The translations under genes and the position numbers were made by a program. From Candidatus Kaiserbacteria bacterium (GTDB lineage: Bacteria > Patescibacteriota > Minisyncoccia > Phycocordibacterales > UBA918), in the NCBI GenBank assembly GCA_016204695.1, contig JACQKD010000001.1, positions 68,976 to 132,975 of the forward strand: a DNA stretch of 64,000 nucleotides, read 5' to 3'. This document shows positions 58,628-64,000 of this stretch, one piece after another; the stretch's first letter is position 1, and each line of letters starts with the position of its first letter. The notes below the pieces were generated by a model, which searched no databases, had not been told where the DNA came from, and saw only the letters and a program-made list of their open reading frames with translations.

Positions 58628-58756
58628 AAAGTATCCCCGATGAGCGCCGCTCCGCAAAAGCAATTTTTGGAAGCAACCCCCACGGCCACAGCCCTTCTCA
58701 AAAATTGTTTTGCTCCGCGGTGCGGTGTTCGTGTGTGTTATATTTCATAATGTCTT

Positions 58757-60223
58757 ATGTCCTCACTCGAAGAAATACGCAGAGAGCGGGAGGAGAAGCG
58801 CGATGCCCTTGTTGCGAAAGGGATTAACCCGTATCCGGCAACATCAGGCCGCACCCATCGCATAGCGGATGCGCAAGAGGGTTTTGACATGCTCGCCGGG
58901 GCGAAGACGCCTGTCATACTTGCCGGACGCATCATGTCGCTTCGGCGTCATGGCGGCTCCACGTTCGCCGACATCTTTGACGGCACCGACCGCATGCAGG
59001 TCTTTTTGTCTCGTGATGCGGTCGGGGAAGAGGCGTACGATCTTTTTGGTGCAACCGTCGACCAAGGTGATTTTATCGAAACGTCGGGAACGCTGTTTGT
59101 CACCGGTCGCGGCGAGCGCACGCTCGCCGCGACGTCATGGCGCATGCTGACGAAGGCGCTTCAGGCCATCCCGAGCGAATTCTACGGCATCAAGGACGAG
59201 GATGAACGCTATCGCAAGCGATACATCGACCTCTTGCTCAACGAACAAACGCGCGACCTTGTCGAAAAGCGCGCGAAATTTTGGAAAGCGGTACGCCGCT
59301 TCCACGAAGACCACGGCTTCGTCGAAGTGCATACGCCAACTCTTGAAGTAACGACCGGCGGCGGGGATGCGCGGCCGTTCGCGACGCACCACCATGCGCT
59401 CGATATCGACGTATACCTGCGAATATCGGCGGGCGAGCTCTGGCAGAAGCGGCTGATGGTTGCCGGTTTTGAAAAAACATTCGAGGTTGGACGCATCTTC
59501 CGCAACGAGGGTATGTCCGCCGAGCATTTTCAGGAATACGAGCAGTGCGAGGCCTACTGGGCGTATGCCGACTACAAGCAGATGTATGAATTTTTGCGCG
59601 AATGTTACCGCTATGTGGCGCAAGAGACATTCGGCACGCAGAAATTTTCCATACGGGGATTTGAGATTGACCTCGCCGGAGAGTGGCCGTGTATCGACTA
59701 TACCGAAGTGATCGAGCAAAACACCGGTGTCAATATCTGGAAAGCGAGTGTGGAAGATATTCAGAAAAAGCTTGCGGAATTGAAGGTGGACTATGACAAG
59801 GAGACCGCCGGACGCGAACGCCTTATCGACACGCTCTGGAAATATTGCCGCAAGTCGATCGGCGGTCCCGCAATTCTCATAAACGAGCCGAAGATCATGT
59901 CACCGCTTGCAAAATCAAAGCCGGACAATCCCGAGCTTACCGAGCGTTTTCACTTTGTTATCGCCGGGTCGGAGCTTGGGCAAGGGTACAGCGAGCTCAA
60001 TGACCCGGCCGACCAGCGTGCGCGTTTCGAGACGCAACAAGCCATGCGCGACGCCGGAGACGAAGAGGCGCAGATGGCGGACATGGAATTCGTCGAGGCG
60101 CTCGAATACGGCATGCCGCCGACTGCCGGCCACGGCTTTTCGGAACGAACATTCGCCTTTCTCATGAACCAACCCGCCCGCGAAGTCCAACTCTTCCCGC
60201 TCATGCGCCCGAGGAAGGAGTAA
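58757..60223 (+). CDS. lysS: Lysine--tRNA ligase (class II)
   Basis: RYRKRYIDL, ARPFATHH, FRNEG, YSELNDP, EYGMPP. Confidence 0.97.
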   Translation: MSSLEEIRREREEKRDALVAKGINPYPATSGRTHRIADAQEGFDMLAGAKTPVILAGRIMSLRRHGGSTFADIFDGTDRMQVFLSRDAVGEEAYDLFGATVDQGDFIETSGTLFVTGRGERTLAATSWRMLTKALQAIPSEFYGIKDEDERYRKRYIDLLLNEQTRDLVEKRAKFWKAVRRFHEDHGFVEVHTPTLEVTTGGGDARPFATHHHALDIDVYLRISAGELWQKRLMVAGFEKTFEVGRIFRNEGMSAEHFQEYEQCEAYWAYADYKQMYEFLRECYRYVAQETFGTQKFSIRGFEIDLAGEWPCIDYTEVIEQNTGVNIWKASVEDIQKKLAELKVDYDKETAGRERLIDTLWKYCRKSIGGPAILINEPKIMSPLAKSKPDNPELTERFHFVIAGSELGQGYSELNDPADQRARFETQQAMRDAGDEEAQMADMEFVEALEYGMPPTAGHGFSERTFAFLMNQPAREVQLFPLMRPRKE

Positions 60224-60238
60224 GCTCTGCATTTTCAT

Positions 60239-60907
60239 ATGAAAAAACACCCCGAGATCGACTGGATCTTTTTCGACATGGGCGGGGTGTTGCTGGATGA
60301 TGCGAGGGCGATCCGGATGTCGCACGAGTTTTTGCTTGCCGCCATGCGACGGGAGGACCCATCGCTGACTCTTGATCATATTACGGAAGTCTTTCCGGAG
60401 GCGAGCGGCAGGCTGGGTGACGTCAATCGGCATATAGTTTCGTTGTTGATTCCCGAAGAAGACAAGCGGGAAGCGATTCTGAAAGAGGTACAAATGCAGA
60501 ATGAAGCGATCGACTATTTCACCCTCTCGTCTGTGCCTCCGGAGACGCGGGAAGTTCTTGAGGTTCTCTCACGAGAGTACAAGCTTGGCATCATCGCCAA
60601 TCAGTCGATCAAGGCGCGACAAAAGTTGACTGAAGCCGGCATCTTCTCCTATTTCGATTTTGTTGGCATTTCCAATGAATTAAATCTTTCAAAACCCGAT
60701 CCGCGCATTTTTAAAGCGGCATTTGAGGCAACGGGAGCCGCACCGGAGAAGTCAGTCATGATAGACGACAATATCGAACGGGGGCTTGCACCGGCAAAAA
60801 AACTTGGCATGAAAGTTGTTTGGTATGACCTTGGCACGAGAAAAGATTCGCCGGATTGGATCGATTTTAAAATCAGCCGACTAGACGATCTTTCAAGAAT
60901 CTTTTAG
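60239..60907 (+). CDS. HAD-family hydrolase
   Basis: FFDMGGV, KPDPRIF, MIDD. Confidence 0.9.
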   Translation: MKKHPEIDWIFFDMGGVLLDDARAIRMSHEFLLAAMRREDPSLTLDHITEVFPEASGRLGDVNRHIVSLLIPEEDKREAILKEVQMQNEAIDYFTLSSVPPETREVLEVLSREYKLGIIANQSIKARQKLTEAGIFSYFDFVGISNELNLSKPDPRIFKAAFEATGAAPEKSVMIDDNIERGLAPAKKLGMKVVWYDLGTRKDSPDWIDFKISRLDDLSRIF

Positions 60908-60932
60908 TCTTTGGTTGAACGAGCGGGATATG

Positions 60933-60967
60933 AAAACCCCGGAATCGCGGAGCGATTCCGGGGTTTT
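60933..60967 (+). terminator. Intrinsic terminator-like hairpin
   Basis: AAAACCCCGGAATCGC-GGA-GCGATTCCGGGGTTTT. Confidence 0.75.
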
Positions 60968-60999
60968 GGGTGTTTGCTCTGTGGATAAAGTGTCTCCTG

Positions 61000-61055
61000 G
61001 TGGGATGGAGTGGTATATACTGTCATTGGGGTGGGAGGAAGTGGGTAACCGTGGT
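61000..61055 (+). promoter_or_regulatory. MraZ-binding GTGG repeats
   Basis: GTGG at 61000 and 61010, then 61031, 61041 and 61051 (10-nt spacing), directly upstream of mraZ. Confidence 0.8.
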
Positions 61056-61077
61056 ATTCTCTGAGGAACAAATACAT

Positions 61078-61512
61078 ATGCTCATCGGCGAATACACACA
61101 CACCCTCGACCCGAAGAAGCGCCTGTCGGTGCCATCAAAATGGCGGCGTGAGCTCGGCAAGTCGGTGGTGGTGACGCGGGGTCTCGACAACTGCCTCTTC
61201 GTCTATCCACTCAAGGCATGGGGGCAGATTACGGAGAAAATCGGCCGCCTGCCGCTCGGACAAGCGGACACCAGAGGATTTAATCGCTTCTTTCTCTCCG
61301 GGGCGGTTGAGACCGAGGTGGACGGCGCCGGACGCATTCTCGTTCCCGATTTCTTGAAGGAATTTGCGGGGCTCGACAGCAAGGTCGTACTCGCGGGCAT
61401 TCACGACCGCGTGGAGATTTGGGACGAGAAAAAGTGGACCGAGTACAAGCGCAGGATAGAGAAGCAGGGGAATGCGCTTGCGGAAAAGCTCGGCGAGGTT
61501 GGTGTTCTTTGA
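61078..61512 (+). CDS. mraZ: Division/cell-wall cluster repressor MraZ
   Basis: GEYTHTLDPKKRL, DGAGRILVP, RVEIWD. Confidence 0.96.
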   Translation: MLIGEYTHTLDPKKRLSVPSKWRRELGKSVVVTRGLDNCLFVYPLKAWGQITEKIGRLPLGQADTRGFNRFFLSGAVETEVDGAGRILVPDFLKEFAGLDSKVVLAGIHDRVEIWDEKKWTEYKRRIEKQGNALAEKLGEVGVL

Positions 61513-61517
61513 AGAAT

Positions 61518-62552
61518 ATGTCCGAGGAAAATACCAAGGACAGCACGCGGCACATACCGGTCTTGCTCGCCGAGACGGTTGCGGGACTCGCACTTCGGGC
61601 GGACGCGACGGTCATCGACGCGACGCTCGGGAACGGGGGACATTTCTCCGCGATTCTTGAAAAGCTCGGTCCGAAAGGAACGCTTTTCGGCATCGATGCC
61701 GACCCGATAGCGGTCGCGCGCGCGGCGGAGCGGGTCGCCCTGAAAGATGTGCCGTATGTGCGAGTGCTCTTTGCGACGGGCAATTTCAGAAACATTGCGG
61801 CGCTGGCGAAGACGCAAGGGCTGACGTATGCCGATGCCATTGTCGCCGACCTCGGGTGGCGCATGGAGCAGTTTTCAGGAGAACGGGAGCTTGGCGGCGG
61901 CAAAGGATTTTCTTTCAGCGCCGACGAACCGCTCGCGATGACGTTCGGCGACCCCGAGCACTATCCGTTCACGGCCGCCGACATCGTGAACGAATGGAAA
62001 GAGGAGGACATCGCAAATGTCATCTTCGCATACGGAGAGGAGCGGTACTCGCGGCCGATTGCTCGCGCAATCGTGCGAGCGAGAGCAGAGAAAAGGATCG
62101 AGACCGCACGCGAGCTCGCCGAGATTATTTCCGAAGCGGTGAGAAAGCGCGGGGCGCTTTCGCAAGACCTTGCGAGCTCTTTTGGGAGCGAAGCGAACCA
62201 AAAGAGCCACAAGGTGTACAGCACCGGTACGGTGCCGGAGAGATACCGTCACGGTCGCATCCATCCGGCGACCAAGACCTTCCAAGCCCTCCGCATCGCG
62301 GTCAATGACGAGATTGATGCGCTCAAAGAGTTTATCGCCGCGGCTGTCGATCTACTCTCCCCGGGCGGGATCCTCGCGATCATCAGCTTCCATAGTATTG
62401 AGGATCGCATCGTCAAACACGCGTTTGCGGGACTGGAAACGGAAGGGAGGATGCGGCGGATCACCAAAAAACCGATTATTCCCGCAGAAGAAGAGTTGAG
62501 CCGCAACCCGAGAGCCCGGAGTGCCCGGCTGAGGATTGTACAAAAGATATGA
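61518..62552 (+). CDS. rsmH: 16S rRNA m4C1402 methyltransferase with a ~31-aa insertion
   Basis: HIPVLL, DATLGNGGH, HPATKTFQALRIAVN, ISFHSIEDR, NPRARSA. Confidence 0.96.
   Translation: MSEENTKDSTRHIPVLLAETVAGLALRADATVIDATLGNGGHFSAILEKLGPKGTLFGIDADPIAVARAAERVALKDVPYVRVLFATGNFRNIAALAKTQGLTYADAIVADLGWRMEQFSGERELGGGKGFSFSADEPLAMTFGDPEHYPFTAADIVNEWKEEDIANVIFAYGEERYSRPIARAIVRARAEKRIETARELAEIISEAVRKRGALSQDLASSFGSEANQKSHKVYSTGTVPERYRHGRIHPATKTFQALRIAVNDEIDALKEFIAAAVDLLSPGGILAIISFHSIEDRIVKHAFAGLETEGRMRRITKKPIIPAEEELSRNPRARSARLRIVQKI
62142..62234 (+). repeat. 93-bp in-frame structured insertion in rsmH
   Basis: Flanked by CGGTG direct repeats (62137-62141, 62230-62234); core module shared with 6214-6278. 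Confidence 0.8.
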
Positions 62553-62866
62553 CACAGAAATTGACAACACCATACCATCAGACACAGCGACTGTTTTTCG
62601 TCGCACTCTCGATATTTTTAATACTGTTTGGACTCTATGTGTATTTCATAAGCGCTTCGGTCGTACATGTTATCGCGCGCAAAGAAGTCGACCGGGAAAT
62701 CACCTATCTTCATTCTCATATCAGCGACCTTGAATCGTCGTATATCGACGCAAAACAAGCGATTGGCGAGGATACTATCGGACAATATGGATTTGTTCCC
62801 GCTCCGAAAAAGGTGTATGTAGTGAAGGCGCCGGACAATCTGGTGCTCCTCACGCATGAGAACTAA
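62549..62866 (+). CDS. FtsL-like cell-division protein
   Basis: TM plus coiled coil between rsmH and the PBP gene. Confidence 0.7.
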   Translation: MTQKLTTPYHQTQRLFFVALSIFLILFGLYVYFISASVVHVIARKEVDREITYLHSHISDLESSYIDAKQAIGEDTIGQYGFVPAPKKVYVVKAPDNLVLLTHEN

Positions 62867-64000
62867 CGCCATCGGACGAATCAGAATCATTACCGTCGTG
62901 GTGTTTTGCACGGCGCTTGCGCTTATTGCGCGGCTGTATCATGTGCAAGTCGTCCACGGCAGTGAGTACCGCGAACATGCCGAGCGGCAGTACGTGCATA
63001 CCGTAGAAGATTTTTTTAATCGAGGTTCCATTTTTTTTACCACGCGCCACGGCGAGGAGGTCTCGGCCGCTACGGTGAAAACAGGTTTTTTGCTTGCTGT
63101 GAATCCGAGTATCGTGGGCGACAACCGGGAAGCGGTCTATGACGCTCTGGCCCGCATCGTACCGATCGACAAAGAAACATTCTTAAAAAGGACGGAAGAT
63201 ATCCGGGACTCGTACTATGAAGCGGCGACGCATCTCACCCGCGAGCAGAGCGCCGCAATCGAAGCACTCGACCTCAAGGGAGTATCGCTCTATCGCGATC
63301 AATGGCGGCAGTATCCCGGAGGTGCGCTCGCGGCCCATACGGTGGGCTTTGTCGCATACGACGGAGACGAGCTTGTCGGGCGCTATGGTCTCGAACGCTA
63401 CTACAACGATATGTTGTTGCGTCAAGACGACAAGCTCTCCGTCAATTTTTTTGCCGAAATATTCAGCAATATCGGACAGGCGATTTTTCCTGCGGATAAG
63501 AGCCGGGCGGGCGATCTGGTCACGTCCGTAGAGCCGACGGTCGCTCGCACGCTTGAGGGCGAACTCAAGGGCATCCACGAGGCATGGGAAAGCAAACTGA
63601 CCGGCGGCATCATCATCAATCCTCGTACCGGCGATATATACGCGCTCGGCGTTTATCCTTCCTTTGATCTCAACGATCGTGCCGATGCGGGCATCGAGCA
63701 GTTCAAGAATCCGCTCGTCGAGAGCGTCTATGAGATGGGGTCGATTATCAAGCCGCTCACGATGGCGGCGGGGCTGGATGCCGGAGTCATTACGCCGTCT
63801 TCGACATACTACGACGCGGGATACCTTGATCTCGACGGCTATACGATCAAAAATTTCGACGGCAAAGGCCGCGGCACGGTGCCCATGCAGGAAATCTTGA
63901 GCCAGTCGCTGAATACGGGTGTCGCGCACATCGCCGCACTGCTCGGCGGCAAGCGTTTCGGCGACTATTTCAAGAAGCTTGGACTCGGCACGGAAACAGG
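62856..64000 (+). CDS. ftsI: Division penicillin-binding protein (FtsI-like), runs off the window
   Basis: Read from ATG 62856: TM, NRGSIF, RQYPGG, GRYGLERYY, YEMGSIIKP, SLNTG. Confidence 0.88.
   Translation, partial: MRTNAIGRIRIITVVVFCTALALIARLYHVQVVHGSEYREHAERQYVHTVEDFFNRGSIFFTTRHGEEVSAATVKTGFLLAVNPSIVGDNREAVYDALARIVPIDKETFLKRTEDIRDSYYEAATHLTREQSAAIEALDLKGVSLYRDQWRQYPGGALAAHTVGFVAYDGDELVGRYGLERYYNDMLLRQDDKLSVNFFAEIFSNIGQAIFPADKSRAGDLVTSVEPTVARTLEGELKGIHEAWESKLTGGIIINPRTGDIYALGVYPSFDLNDRADAGIEQFKNPLVESVYEMGSIIKPLTMAAGLDAGVITPSSTYYDAGYLDLDGYTIKNFDGKGRGTVPMQEILSQSLNTGVAHIAALLGGKRFGDYFKKLGLGTET

Noticed and set aside
61000-61055. Periodic GTGG repeats as a novel repeat or G-quadruplex
   Set aside because: Explained by the known MraZ operator upstream of mraZ.
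536-63929. Numerous long antisense and alternate-frame ORFs in the track (for example 3038-3877, 5908-6843, 16171-17031, 54454-55410)
   Set aside because: They shadow well-supported genes, which is expected in GC-rich coding DNA.
1-64000. CRISPR array, rRNA, reverse transcriptase/retron/DGR, transposase, phage structural genes
   Set aside because: No regularly spaced direct repeats, rRNA-like sequence or diagnostic motifs were seen.

Overview
Bacterial chromosome segment whose gene content and style suggest a Candidate Phyla Radiation (Patescibacteria, probably Parcubacteria) genome. This is an inference from the reduced PriA, two MreB paralogues, the VirD4-like ATPase and the mostly Shine-Dalgarno-less starts. 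Housekeeping genes include a UvrD-nuclease fusion, uppP, hisS, prmC, fba, rpmG, fmt/def, murA, frr, proS, mreBCD-mrdA, greA, lysS and mraZ-rsmH-ftsL-ftsI. They surround an accessory region at about 12-36 kb. Two things stand out. (1) A ~9.05 kb element is integrated at the 3' end of tRNA-Asn (core TGGCTCC). It carries a rolling-circle-type Rep, an excisionase-like HTH, a type III R-M system, an overlapping 3TM + CBS gene pair (candidate defence module), and a serine recombinase whose C-terminus would be swapped on excision. Two further att-like scars lie outside it. (2) A set of small structured DNA elements sits both between genes and in frame inside core genes (rsmH, uvrD, priA, proS). Two copies share one module with four compensatory base-pair changes. 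All family assignments come from motif recognition by eye, with no database searches.
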